A stretch of 64,000 bases of DNA from Stegostoma tigrinum (lineage: Eukaryota), in the NCBI RefSeq assembly GCF_030684315.1, contig NC_081363.1, forward strand, positions 81,375,661 through 81,439,660, in the 5' to 3' direction. Positions 25,815 to 39,610 of the stretch are shown piece after piece (position 1 is the stretch's first letter; each line of letters starts with the position of its first letter). The notes under the pieces are model-generated. The model was not told the origin of the DNA. It saw only the letters and a program-made list of their open reading frames with translations, and searched no databases. Position numbers and translations under genes: made by a program.

Positions 25815-26760
25815 TTGGAATAGAAGCAGACCATTGAACTGTGTGTCACCTCCATCATTTAATTAGATCAGGGTCTGATAATCCTCAACTTCATTTTCCA
25901 GCCTATTCCCCATAACCCTTGATTGCCTTATTGCTTAAAAATTTATATCTGCCTTGAATACATTTAATGAACCAGCATCTATAGCTCTCTGCATTAAAGA
26001 TTTCCACAGATTCACTATCCTCTAAAAGAAGAAATTCTTCCTCATCTCCACCTTAAATGTGTCTCCTCTCATTCTGAGATTATGTCCTCTGGTCCTAGAT
26101 TCTTCCACAAGAGGAAACAACCTTTCTGCATCTATCCTGTTAAGTCCACTAAAATTCTTGTACGTTTCAATAAGGTCACAGGCCATTCTTCCAAACTTCA
26201 ATGAGTACAGGCCCAACCACCCAACCTCTCTCCAGAACACAATTTCTTCATACTTAGGATCAACCAAGTGAACCTTCTCTGAATTGCCTCCAATGTGAGT
26301 ACGTCTTTTCCTGAACAGGAGGTCACAACTGTTCACGGTTTTACAGCTGCAGTCCAAGTAGTGCATTGTATAGTTTTAGCGGATCTTTCCTATGTTTACA
26401 CTCTTTCCCTTTGAAATGAAGGCTCACATTCCATTTGCCACTCTTCTTCCCTGTTGATCTTGGGTCCTAGCCTTTTGTGATTTATGTACAAGGATTCCCA
26501 AATCCCTCTGCTCCATAGCTTTCTATGGTCCTTCTCCATGTAAATAATATGCAACTCCTCTATTCTTCCTGCCAAAGTGGATAACCTCATATTTTCCTAC
26601 ATTACATTCCATCTTCGAAGCTTTTGCCCACAAACTTAATCTGACTATATCCCCCTGGAGAATCATTGCGTTATCCACTTGTCTTCCCTATTTCTGTGCC
26701 ATCCACAAACTTGGTAACAATACATTCACATTCCTTTTCAAGTCATTGATATTGTAAGTA
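25815..26760 (-). mobile_element. CR1 LINE 3' part
   Basis: ORF 26022-26366 contains LGLYSLKFGRMACDLIETYK...AERLFPLVEESRTRGHNLRMRG...EMRKNFF. Confidence 0.88.
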
Positions 26761-27449
26761 ACTCAGTAGATATTCTATGGTTATCAAAAAGCATGAATCC
26801 CCTCTGTTTAATATTTCCCTGACTTTGTACGTGCGTTATCTTCCATGAATGCACACAGGACTCTGCAGGAAGGTTCTAACTGTACACCTGCAGATATCTT
26901 TTGGATGAAGTAGTCCTCTTTAAAAAAAACATTAAAATTAAAAGTTCGACATGTGCAGAATACTTTAGGGTTCTGAACTATCATCCTGATAGCATGCATC
27001 CTCAGCTTCAAAGATGCTGGAAGACAGCAGACAAGTGCAAACACAAGCCTGAAGCAGTTATAATTATCTTAACATAGTCAGAAGCACTAAGTTAGTGATC
27101 CATCTCAGTCTCCACCCAGCACCACAGAAGCCAATCTGATTCACTCCACATGATACCAATTTACAACTATGTACACTGAATACCACAAAGGCTTCTGGTC
27201 TCCACAACGTCCTAGCTGCAATGCTGAAGACTTGTATTCGTGAACTAACCATGCTGAGTCAAGTGGTTCCAGAGCGCAACACCAGCATCTGCTCAACATT
27301 ATAGAATATTGCCTAACTACATCCTTTCCTCGGAGAGCAGAATGATCCAATCCAAACTATTAATGCCTAACTTGACAACCCTGCTTTAACCTTGGCACCA
27401 CATGATCACCAATAATTTGTTCCTTGATCTTCAGTTTGGGTTCCTCCAG

Positions 27450-28428
27450 GAAACTTGGTTCTTGACCTCATTAAAACTTTGGTGTAAATGTGGACAGCAC
27501 CCTTGGCATTGAGGCAGCATTTTACAGTTGTGGCATTGAGGAGCCTCAGTCAAACTGAAGTCAGTGGGAATTGGAAGGAAACTAGCTGGATTGCTATCTA
27601 ACACAAAGGACAATGACTGTGGTTGTTGGAGGCCAATCATCTCAGACACAGGGTTTCACTGCAGGAGTTTCCTTGGCTATCCTTGTCCAAACATCTACTG
27701 CTCGTTCAAGAATAACTTTCCCAGCATTAGTCAGGTTTAGGCTTATGAGAGACAAATAACATTCTTGTGACAAAAATGCCAGTTCATGACCACCTTCAAC
27801 AAGAGTGTCTCACCATCCTCCCTTGTATTCAACAGCATTAGCATCATTAAATCCTGACCAATAACATCTTACTGACCAAAAACCTAAATGAATAAGGCAC
27901 ACAAATAGTGACTACAGCAGAGAATTAGAGGCCAACAGTTCTGCAAATCAAGTGACTTGCCCTTCGATTTCCTAACTCCTTTCTACGACCCATGTAGGAA
28001 CAAATGAGGTCTGATAAAATACTTATCATCTACCTGGATGAATGTAGCACCAACAATACCCAAGAAGCTCAAACATCTGGGACAAAACAACTGATTGATC
28101 CCCAAACCATCACCTACCTTAAAACTTCACTCCCTCCGCCACTGCAGACAGATCACTGCGACACGGACTATGGTCTACAGTGATTAAGAAACCTTTTCAA
28201 CAGCATCTTCAAAGTCTGCAGCATGCAACGTCCAGAGAACAAGTGGAGAAGGTGCACGGGAACACCACTGCCTTCACATTCTCCTACAAGTTACCGGCCA
28301 TTCTGACTCGGAAGTTTATCACCAGTCTTTCATCATCCCTGGGTCAAAATCTTAACATTCCCTACCTAATACCAGTCAAGGTGTGCCTGGTCAAGAAAGC
28401 AGCTTGCCATTACTATTAAGGGCAACTC
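27450..28428 (+). mobile_element. CR1-group LINE relic (same family as 5251-7288)
   Basis: gcatttacagttgtggcattgaggagcc...ggttgttggaggccaatcatctca... and 3' gggtcaaaatc...gtcaagaaagcagcttgccat...aagggcaac. Confidence 0.7.
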
Positions 28429-29479
28429 TGTGTGTGTGTGCATGTGCATCTGTGCGTGGTAGTGGGGGTGTGGGGACACTCAGTGTGAAGCTGGCCAGCA
28501 GCACTCCCATCTTATAAATACAGAAAAAAGTGGTTCAAATAAAACATTAACACAAGCATGGGCTGCCTGGACTGCATGGCCTGTTTCTCCACCACATGCC
28601 CTCTAATTAATTGGTGGGATATCAATTAGTACTAGCTATGCCACCTGAAAATGGCCACATTCCTACCAGAAAGAAAACTGTTATTTCTGGGTACCAGAAT
28701 CATTCAGACTTCATACCAAAGTCTTCGACACATGTGCCAGTATGAAACTTGGTTTGACAATGGCATATACACTAAAATTATTCCAACTCTCAAATTAACT
28801 GGCACCCGTGAGGTTTACTGCACTGTATTTGGAGCACTAGGGTTGTGGTTCAAATGTAATGAGCATCTTCACTTGATTAAAATATAAATCATTGCAGCCC
28901 ATTATGTTTATTATGTGTGCTCGATTCATGCCAGTGGTTACATTTCAAAGTATCAAGCAGGAAGGAAATCTTGTCAGGACTGGTTTCAGCAGTAATCTTT
29001 ACTGTAAACATTTTTTTTTAAAATATAAAAAAATTTCCACAGCACGTCATTTGCTTTCTGAAAGGAGTGCACTTGGCCAACATTAACAGCCTTCTGAAAA
29101 GAACATTTCAAGTTGACACAAGTCTTCAAATTCTCAAGACTCCTTAATGAACAAAGTAGCAACCAGCAGCCTCAATATATTCACACTGGGTTAATGCATG
29201 ATCAAACTCGCCTCATTACTCATCCATCGCCAGTTTTGAATGAACAGAAGATCCTAGGCCTAGGTGCTAAAAACTACCTATTGCTTCAACCCCTAATTCA
29301 TTAGGCTGGAGAAAAGAAGGGACTTTATTTTCTCCACAGCAGTCTCCTTCAACACATAACCCTCTACCGGCGGGAGCAATTTTTTTTCTTGATTGAGCAT
29401 ATTCAGACTCCTCTCAACTTTGAATACTAATATCAAATTTCATTTTTTACAATCTATCTACACAACCAAAGCTCTTCAT

Positions 29480-30240
29480 CTTATGAAACCATTCTCATGA
29501 TTTTTTCTTAGCGCTGTGTCTGAGATCTTCACACCTTTTCTGTAAAGTGTGAAGCCCAGAACTGGATACAATACTCAAGCTTGGGCTAATCCAGAGTTTT
29601 ACACAAGTTTAACATAACCTCCTTGCTCCTATTCTCCATATCCCATTAAAAAGCATAGAATATTTCATGGTATCACCCTGTCCTACCACATTCAATGACG
29701 CATACCCATATACACCAGGTCCCTCTGTTCTTCATCATACTTAAAACTGTACCCTATGTTTTATAGTTCCCCCATGATCTTCCTCCCAAATTAATCATTC
29801 TGCACTTCTATCCATCAAATTTCCTCTGCAAATTGTTTGCAAATTCCACCAACTTGTCCATGTCCTTTTGAAGCTGTAAGCTACCCTCCTCGTGGCTTGC
29901 AATCTGCAAGTTTGGAAATTGTGCTTGGTATATCAAATTGACATCATTAATTGACATATCAGGGAATGCAAGAGTCACAACAAGTCCCACAGGAAACTCT
30001 GCTACAAACCTTTGTTCAGTTTAAAATGCATCTATTAACAAGTTATAATGTGTTTCCTTTAACTCAGCCAATTCCATTCCTTATTGCTGCTGCCCATTTC
30101 ATTCCAGGAGCTACAATCTCGCTCACAAATCTTGTGTGTGCCACTTTATCACATGCCATTTCAAACTCTAAACACTCAGCAACAACCTCATCCTTAACCT
30201 CATCAAAAATGTCAAGCAAGTTAGTTAAACACAATTAATG
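29480..30240 (-). mobile_element. Degenerate CR1 RT fragment
   Basis: ORF 29808-29990 contains LQLQKDMDKLVEFANNLQRKF; the DNA has cccagaactggatacaatactcaagc. Confidence 0.7.
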
Positions 30241-30379
30241 TGCATTTTCCATGTGACTATTAATTTTCTCCCTCATTATTATTTCTAAATGTTGCCCCAC
30301 CACCAAAGCTATCGTGACCAGCTGTAGTTCCCACAACACCCTTTGACAGCATTAAAGGTGGTTCCATTCCTGGCTCATT

Positions 30380-31480
30380 CCTAGATGAAGTTAACATTAA
30401 TATTCTCTGTGACCCTGGTGCACTACCCTTCCTTGTCATCAATATGCCCACAGTTCCAAGTCAGATCTCAAACAGACCTTCCTCTTATTCAGTATCTGCT
30501 CTGTTATTCGTTTTGGTGGAATTTCCATTGTTTGCTTGATCCTTGATGTTTTGCAACCTGCAGCAACAGCTTCTCAGCTCGAACCACTATTCCCTCTAGA
30601 ATGCCCCAAGAATTTATTGCTGGATCCCCCTTTTCCCTCATTGCTACACTGTCCTTTGCTGCTGTGGGCCAGAGAGTCAAGCCCCACTGAGCTACAATAT
30701 CCTCTGCTTAAATGATTATCAGACCAACAGCATTATCTCTAGTTCCTACCAAAATTTCCATTTCCCTCCCTAAATAATAGCCTAGCCTATGAAACACAGC
30801 TTACAATCATAAAGTCATATCTCATAAGCTGAGCTCCTGAGCCATATGAACTCAAAGAAAAAAACATCTATTGCCACATTCGTAACATCCCCAGTGTTGC
30901 CCTTCCGTCAGCTCAAGTACCGGTCAAACTCTTATTCATGTGTCATTACTTCAGACTTGAGTATTCTGATGCTTTCCTTGCCAGCTTCCTATTTATCCCC
31001 TTCCACAAATTTCAGGTCAGCCAAATCCTACTACCCATATGCTGCACGATGCTGTTCATCCATTACCCTTCTCCTTGCTAATTCACATTTACTCCCAGTC
31101 CAATACGTCGTAAATATAAAATTCTCACCCAGCTATACAAATTTGTTCATGGAATTATCCTCCTTAGCATCAACTCCCCCAAAATTATAACAGACTTGAC
31201 TTAACTCCCTATTTTCTGACTTGAGCCTCAGGAATTTCCTTCCATTGCCCCACCACCTGCAGCCATGTCTTCAATTGACTAATTCCTACACTATGGAACT
31301 CTTTCCCTCTGCTTCTCCAATTCACTTGCTTGCAATAAAATCCTCCTTAAAAGACCAACTTGCAATGAATTTTGAGTCAATTCTCCCAGTACCTCCTTTT
31401 TGGCTTAAGGCCCACTTCCGTGCAAATTCTATTGCGAAGCACCTCCACATAAAGTCATACAGCGTGTTGTAATTCACACT
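30380..31480 (+). mobile_element. Very old L2-type LINE relic
   Basis: gccccaagaattt...ccccttttccctc, tattgccacattcgtaacatc, cattacttcagacttgagtattctgatgct, cattacccttctccttgctaattcacatttactcccagtc...aaattctc (L2 ORF2 C-terminal motifs SRLDYSNA / HITP.L..LHWLPV). Confidence 0.6.
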
Positions 31481-32254
31481 TCAAAGCTTTCAGACAACTC
31501 AAAGTTTCCACCAAACGTTTTCGCACCCTTCCTTATACTCCCACCGTGGTTCCTGTAGTTTAGTTTTATTCTGCCTCCATGCTGAAAAGATCACGGTGGC
31601 ACTTCAAATACTATAAACCACAACATTAATGCAGGTTTCGCTATGTAACCACTGATTAAATTCACTTCCCTACAACAGTAGTTTTTTCTATATAAAAAGC
31701 AGCATATTTTCATGATAGGTGAGACTTGAACTCAGAACATCTGGCCTAAAAGCAGGGACACTCCACAAGGCATCTTACCAGTATTTTATATGTACACAGC
31801 ACAAACTAGATCCTTTCTTGCCAACAGTTAGCTACAAATATAGTTAGCTACAGCATATGAAAGTGACGTATAACAAAAATTGTTGAACAACGTGGTTCAA
31901 AAGATACTTAAAAGTTTCTTGAGCCCAAATTCTGAAGTGTACTGTAGCGCAAAGAACTTTTGTGTACACTAAGGGGGAAAGAAAACCGTTCCCATTAGCA
32001 ATAATTAATAAAATCTTCGTCCACATTTAATAAATACAACTTCCGGGCATGGTAAAGCCATCTGTAACATTTCAAAGATTAATATCGAGGAGGGCTCATC
32101 TTCATTAGATGTTCTACCATCAATGGACAAGCAGACAGACATCTTAATTCAAAGGAAGCAACTAGAAATGACAATGAGGAGCTCCACATGTTAAAGAAAA
32201 TGACATGGAGTGAACTGCACAGGGTCAGAAATAGGACAGAAGAACTGAATTTAT

Positions 32255-32790
32255 TTTAAAATTCTTGCTTGAGGTGTGGGAGTTGCTGGCTGGATCAGCA
32301 TTTATTGCTCATCTGCAGTTGCCTTTGAGAAGGTGTTGACAAGCCACCTTCTTGATCAGCTGCAGTCCATGTGCTGCAGGTAGAGTCACAATGCTCTTAG
32401 GGAGGGAATTCCAGGTAGAGTCACAATGCTCTTAGGGAGGGAATTCCAGGATTCTGACCCAACAGCACTGAAGGAACAGTGATATATTCACTAGTCAGGA
32501 TTGAGAGTGGCTTGGAAGGGAACTTGGTGGTGTTCCCATGTATCTACTGCCCTTGTCCTTCTAGATGGAAGGGGTTGTAGGTTAGGAAGGAGCTGTCTGA
32601 GGATACTCGATGAATTTTTGCAGTGCATTTTGAAAACGGCACACACTGCTGCTACTAAATGCCAGTGGTTGAGGGAGTGGGTGCTTGTCGTGCCTATCAA
32701 GCAGGCTGCTTTATCCTGGATGGTGTCAAGCTTCCCCAGTGTTGTTGGAGCTGCACTCATCCAGGCAAGTGGGGAGTATACTGTCAAAGG
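32255..32790 (-). mobile_element. CR1-group LINE 3' fragment containing a 35-bp tandem duplication
   Basis: ORF 32491-32787 reads YSPLAWMSAAPTTLGKLDTIQDKAACLIG...SLNHWHLVAAVCAVFKMHC. Confidence 0.85.
32377..32450. repeat. Perfect 35-bp tandem duplication
   Basis: caggtagagtcacaatgctcttagggagggaattc occurs at 32377-32411 and 32412-32446, followed by cagg. Confidence 0.95.
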
Positions 32791-34199
32791 CAGTCTTCAA
32801 TGTAATTGACTCAGTGTACAGGGTAACACTGGAGACCAATTAATTTATTGCTGGACTTAAGTGTCTATGTCTAACTATACTTATCAAAGGGCCTTCACAA
32901 AGCTTTGCGACTGTTTGATCTTTGTCAAAGAACACCAATGCTACCCCAGAAGGCTGCTTTTCACAACAAGCAACAGGAGTAACCATCTGTGACTTCTTTG
33001 AATCCTGGACATACAGATAGCCCCTACAAGCATTGAGAAAGTGAAATAGGCACCAGACAAGTAGTTTTAAACTTGAAGCTTGACCTTGTACATTGAGCTA
33101 CGACAGAGGGACGAGGAGATCACATGCAATGGAGGAGAATACAAGGAGAAGGGCAAAGGATGACGCTGCAGACAGTTTCAAAGGACTAACTGCAAAACAT
33201 CGCAGCAGTGCTCTCTCAGCCTCACACATGAAACCAATTGCAAACTCCACACAGCACGTGGTGTCACTTTAAACTCAAACCCCCAAGGGGAAAATGAGAT
33301 AAAATAATTCCAAGGAGAATGTTGCGATGCAGTGCCATTTTAAATTCTCAAGACTTGACCTTACAAAACATTTAGTGGAAACAATGAAATCAGAAGTGTC
33401 TGCAGTTCAACACTACTCCAGAGCACCTCCTGGTTATTGGCTCATGATTCGTATAGGCACAGACCACAGCTGATAAAGAATTAGTATGATTTTCAGGTCA
33501 ATAGCATGAAATAATTTTTATTTAAAACGTTAGGTGTAAAATTCAAGGTGTGCCTTGTCTTGATTAATAAGCTGGTCAGAAGTGCAGTGAACAGCAATAT
33601 GCACTCTCTCCCAAGCTGCATTTTAGTTTTTCCTCTTGTACCACAGACCCTCCAAGAGATTGCACAGTTTAGGGAAATATTGGTCCCAAGCAGCCTCATC
33701 AGCTGAAACTCTTGTCATTTTGTATAATGTTTCACTAAAGAATTGCTTTCTGAGCCCTGGTTACTGGAGCAAACACTGGACAATCTGACACTTGATAACC
33801 CCTTTACCCTACCATTGTCAACAGCAAACCGGAGCCACCCCACTCAAAAACACTGGGCTCTGGTTTTTGTTACGGCACTTCCTAGTGTATGTATTTGGAT
33901 TCAGAGACCTGTGAAGAAGAATTCCATCAGGCCTTAACTAAGTATTTTCTCATCAGCCCGTTCAGTGATGTTATTACACACCTCTGGAACAGGTAGGACT
34001 TGAACCTGCCCTCCTGGCTCAGCAAGATCATCCATGCAACATGGCTGCTTGAAAATAGATGCAAATACATCAGTCTTCTCTTTCACACTAATGTGCTGAT
34101 CACCCCGTTATAAAGGAGCCAGACATTTGTTAAGTCTCCACTGCCAGTGAGTTGTCTCATTCTGCATTTCGTTCACAAAACCTGTAGAGCACTACAGAG

Positions 34200-34990
34200 T
34201 TTGGATCTGATCTACCAGCTTTGAGTTCATTTTCACACTTTTAAAGGGTCCCTGACGCTACTTCTGGAATGGCTTCCTACTTTTTTGACTGAATCAGAGT
34301 TGATCGCCTGGTTTGATGGCAATGATAGCATGAGGGGATATGCTGAGCCATGAGGCATTAATGTACTTGCATTAATTCTTCTGTTGCTGATGGCTCAAAT
34401 CACCTCAGAGATGCCCAATCATGAGTTCCCATATCTATTTAGCACTGGTAGTGCCACACTACATGACAAAGGTATCTTCAATGCGAAGACGGGCGCTGCT
34501 CCCCGTGAAGACAGTGCTTTGTTTGCACTTAAAAATGCTGTCCTGGATATCCGCAGCAGGTAAACTGGTGAGGACAGGTCCAGTATGTGTTTTCCTCCTG
34601 TGGTCTCTAACCACCTGCTGCAAATTTTGCCTAGCAACTACTTACTTAAAAAGACTAGCTAGCTCACTGAGCCATGCTTGGTGATGAAAGTGCCCAAATG
34701 CAGAGTACAATTCTATACCATGGCCACCTTCAGTGTTTCCTCCAACTGGAGCTTGACGTGGATGAGTCTGATTCACTTAGGCATATGTGACTGCGCCAGT
34801 TTTGGCACAAGACCCCAAGGAGGGCTGCGCCAATGCCCAGTTTCATTCCTTTTTGACTTTTCTGAAGAACTCTGGTTCAACTGAATGCTCAGAGACATCA
34901 ACATGATGGAGTCTGGAGTCACAGAGGCCAGAGCAGGCAAGGGGAGCAGATTTGCTCTGCTGAAGGACATTTGTGAAGCACATAAACTAA
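34200..34990 (-). mobile_element. CR1-group LINE relic, endonuclease region
   Basis: ORF 34419-34637 has ETTGGKHILDL (EPTRG.NILDL-like); ctgctgttgctgatggc...cacctc...gatgccca is the reverse of the family sequence at 5590-5700. Confidence 0.55.
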
Positions 34991-35844
34991 GGAGCAAAAG
35001 TAGACCATTCAGCTCCCTCAACCTGCTCTAAGAAATAAGCACAGGGGTAGGCCACTCAGCACCTCAAGCCTTCAATGGTATCACGGCTGATTTATCAGTT
35101 GTTCAAATTTCATGTTTTTTTTGAATTGAAAATATACAATAGTTTCACTTCCAAGACTAGCTGTTAATTTCAGTGCACCTAGAGCAAACGCTCAAACCCC
35201 AGGATTATGAGCTGAGGCTACTATTCCTTATCCTGTGCTGTAAAATAGTTGTCAGTCCACACAAAACCTTGAGACAAACAGCCAGATAATCAGTACTTGA
35301 GCCTTGACTGAGGGAGGATCATTTACCAGAACACTAATAGCTTGAAAACATCTTCAAATACTGTATTGTCAAGGGATCTTTATCATCCAGCTGGACAGTC
35401 AGTCTAACTGCACCCCCACTGCATCAATGATAATTCTACACCCAAGTGAGACCTAAATGTATGTTCATCAATTTTTTAAAAAATGTGGTTGGCATCTAAA
35501 AGGATGTGCGATTAATCAATTTTATTAGTGGCACAAACTTCTTTCAAATTTTGGATGAGCACCTGCCTTTTGGATGTTCCTACACACAAAACATCATTGT
35601 ATCACATCACTGAACAAATATTTCAATAAGATTAGTTTTTCAGTTGTCCTCCCAAGGTATAGCAGATACAAAAGAATTCTAAAAGATGCTAAAGTTCATG
35701 CAAATTTATTTTTTAATGGGATCTGATGTCTTGACAGCCTCTCTGCAATTGCTGAATCTGGAATTGGAAGAAATGGCGCAAAATTGAATCCTGGCCTCAG
35801 CAATACCCCTTAGACTGGCAGTCCAATTCTCATCCTCCCACTAA

Positions 35845-35980
35845 AATAAAACAATGAACTGCAGATGTTCAGTGACTGCAGTTCTAATGAAGAGTCACTG
35901 GACTCAAAACATTTACACTGCTTTCTCCTCACAGATGCTGCCAGACCTGCTGAGGTTCACCAGCAATTTCTGTTTCTGTC
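35845..35980 (+). repeat. Penelope-derived end with inactivated hammerhead motif
   Basis: gttCTAATGA-AGAGTCACTGGACTC-AAAAC, followed by ctttctcctcacagatgctgccagacctgctgag...cagcaatttctgttt. Both catalytic boxes are mutated. Confidence 0.65.
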
Positions 35981-36974
35981 TCATCTTCCTACAACTTCCT
36001 GAGAACAAATGGGGCCAAGGAATACAATCAGCTCAACATTACTATCTGTTGGCTGAAGCCTGGTACTGCAACTGAACAAAATAAGCCAAAGGTTTGAACG
36101 AGTAACTCAATAACGACAATTCAGCACTGTACAAAAAAAAACTCAAAATGCAGTGAATAGGTGGCAGGCATTGTCTGTCTTCTACATATTTCAGACTCTA
36201 TAGTTCCCTTTCCCCAAAAGCAACACAATCTGGAGTAAAAACAAGACAGTCACACGGTAGGGAGAGGAAAGGGGGCGATAGACACACACTAAGCACAGAG
36301 AATCGACGAGAAACAAATTCTTGGAGAGCTTGGACAAAGGAAAACACAGAAGCCTAAAAAAACTGGGGAAAGAAAAATAGAAATCAAAAGAGCATCAGAC
36401 AAACTGGTGAGAGAATTAAAATATGACAAAGCAACAGATGAAATTGAGTTCAACTGCAGGCATGAAAGAAGCTGGCAGTAAAAAGGAGAAAATAATACTG
36501 CTTTAGAAAATTTCTAATTTTATTTGCCCTTAATAGAATGGATATTACTGTACCTTAGCTTGAGATAAAAAGTAGCAAAACTCAAGTAAATAGTCTGTAG
36601 AGTTTCAAACAAGCCAAGAGTAAAGGTCAATCAATATTCTGAACTTCAAAGTTATTACAGGTTGTAACATACTCCATATTGAATGCTAATCATGCAAGAT
36701 TTATGGCAATCAGGGCTGCAGGTAAAGATGCTACTGTCTGTATGTCTAATCTTGCTGTAATGCCTGGCTTGCGCTGTGTTAGCTGATCTCGAATCTGTGA
36801 TTAGGATGCTATAATGCATCTCAGTGCCTCCAAGAATATTAAACATCAATTCAGTCAATATCGCAGTTATTGATCCACGTCCAAAAGGTTTGGCTGCAAT
36901 GTAATCTTCATGCCTTTCCCTTGGAGTGCAATGAGAAGTAGTGAAAGGGCTCAGTAGCTAACTAACAAGGTGAA

Positions 36975-37330
36975 GAATCAAATTGAATTAAGTTGAATGG
37001 TCACATGCTCAAATGAGTAGAGTGAAAAGTTTAAACATAGCCATCTTAGGTAAAAAGGTGCCTAGGTACAGCTTCTTTAGTTACTAGATCTTAGAAAAAA
37101 GACAAATAAAAAGTCCAACATTGCAGAAATAAAAGTTCAGAACAATGGTCTTCCAACCCGGACCACGGCGACATCGAGCTCTGACTCCAGACAGCACTGG
37201 GGTTCCTCTCGAAGTTCGTGAGTCTGGGAGACTGCTCTGGAATCGCCTTGTGACCAGGAGACCACACTGAGGCCATGCCATGCCGAGACACCACCGTGCC
37301 ACGTCAGGAACACTACTCCCACAGTCAAAA
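36975..37330 (-). mobile_element. Non-autonomous retroelement with a LINE-type tail (ttttcact.tact...catgtgac), GC-rich body
   Basis: The reverse complement ends ...acttttcactctactcatttgagcatgtgaccattcaacttaattcaatt. The same tail type occurs at ~7065-7193 (+). Confidence 0.45.
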
Positions 37331-39610
37331 CCATTTTCCGATTGTTCGATAAGATGATTACATGCATAGATATTTTTAATCAACCTGTTGAGATATATTG
37401 TGACACGGCTCTGAAATAGGTAGGACTTGAACCCACGCTTTGTGCACTGCCAGTGCACCACAAGAGCCCATGGTGAGGCATATACATTGGAAGGATTTTT
37501 ACTAGTTGCCACAACCACCAGTTGCAATGATTCTTACCTGATGCTCCAGACCCAGAGTGATGGCCTCCACTTGGTAGAACTAACTCAAGCAGATTATAAA
37601 ACCTGCACCTTCAATCTCAAAAGCCACAAGCCTCCAGAATATACATGAAACCAGAGTAGACCGTAAGCCCTTTGAGCTTACTCTGCCACTTAATAATCAT
37701 CGTTATAGTACGCTTCAACTTGACTTCCTCACCTGCTCCCCAAATCTCTGGATTCCTTGAGAGTCCAAAAATCTTTTTATCCCAGCCTTAAGAGTATTCA
37801 ACAAGGCAGCATCCTCAACTCTCTGAGGTAAAGAATTTCACAGATCCACAATCCTTGAAGTAATGTAATTTCTCTTTATTGTATTCCTCACTGATCAGGC
37901 CACACAACACTAAAACATGCACTTCCTAACAACAGACAACTGTTCACATTGCAAGAACAACATGAAAAGAAAGTCCAAAACAGAAACCAGCACAAAAGTA
38001 TTGCTAGTCACAGGAGCTAATTTGGTCATTAATCCACATTATCCTTTGTTCACTGGTAATATCTCCTCTCTCGTCACTCATCCATAAAGTCAGAGCACTC
38101 TGCCATAGTTCTCCACAGATATAAATAATCTACATCTACTATGGATAGTTTCAACAGGTAGCCTACTTCTGTTCAATAACAAGGGCCATACCATCTGGAT
38201 TAAAATCTCAGTAGAAGGAGCTGAGATGCCCATTTTAACAAGGGCACAACTCAGTTTCCACATCCAGCTGGACACACCATTCCCTGTAACATGTGGCTGT
38301 TCTGTGGGCCAATATGTATCATGTGTAATTTTTTTGCAAATCTGATGTCCAGTTGTAAAGGAGCAGTATATGATACGTGCAACACCGAAGTATTACCTTG
38401 CAGGTTATTGCATTGTCATACATATGTGCAGCCTGGCGGGAATATTTTTGGAGGTTGTCACATGGCTTCCCAGCTCTAAAAGCCTGATCCCACCAAGCTT
38501 CCTTCATTTCCAATATTTTTATAACCATCATAACTCATCTGGCCTTTTACACGTCTCAAATTTCCTTCACCCCCATATTCATGTCTTCAACTGGTAAGAT
38601 CCCAAGTCCCAAGAATTCTTTCCCAAACCTCTCCACTGCTCCTCAAACCTACCTCTTGCACCAAATGTTTGTTCAACCATCCAAATAGCTCCTTTATGTG
38701 ACTCAGTGTCAACACCTGTCTGATAATGCTCCCGCGAAGAACTTTGGTGTGTTTTCGTACAGTCAACTCTCGAGTTCAATGCACATTATCACATTCTAAT
38801 AAACAAGCACTGAGTGAAAAATTTATAATATGACCCAATTTTCCTGGATTCCTCACAGTGCTTGAAAAATGGTTCATTAACTTTTTGAAACTCTAGGATT
38901 TTCCAAGAGGATTGGCAAGCCTGGACTCTACACATCAGGAATATCGGCAGAGCCAAAGGACGAACATGGGCTCCACGATAAGCACAGCCACTACAATCAC
39001 AATGTATTCCTCAAACAGGTTTTGCTATCCATTCATGCTATGCGAACATCACTGGCAGGTTACATGTTTATCACTCAATTCTAACCAATGTTAATACACC
39101 TTCAGCGCTGTTAGGAAGGGAGTTCCATAATTTTGACCCAGTGACAATGAAGGAACAGCGATATAGATCCATATTCCAGGAATTATGTGTTGAGCCTGGA
39201 GGGAGATTAGTTAATAAGGGTTAAGCCATGCAGCTGCTGCACTTCTCCTTCTAAGTGATAGAGGTTGCAATTTTGGAAATGTTGTCAAAGGAGCCTTAGC
39301 AAATAGCTGGAGTGCATAATGTGGTACACACTGCCACCACAGGTCAGTGGTGAAATGAGCTGATAGTGAGCTGATCAAGCAGACAGCTTTGCTCATCAGA
39401 TCAGTGAGTAAGATGTCAGTATTGTCCATGGTTCAATGATAGCGCTCTGTGTCTGAGTCAGAAAGTTGTACGTCAAGTCCCAATTGAGAGACATCAGTGC
39501 AAATTCTAGGTCGACAAACCCTGTGGCAATGCACTCATATCATGATGTTCTAAATGTCTGGGCAAGCTCAGCAACCATTTGCAGCCATATGTAGATTTAA
39601 TTTTTATATG

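Noticed and set aside
28429-28442. (TG)n run, and the 12-bp palindrome cctaggcctagg at 29253-29264
   Set aside because: Too short; expected by chance in 64 kb.
37084-37527. 147-aa ORF in a CpG-richer patch as a gene or promoter island
   Set aside because: It spans a short SINE and a LINE-tailed repeat, and has no recognisable domain or splice structure.
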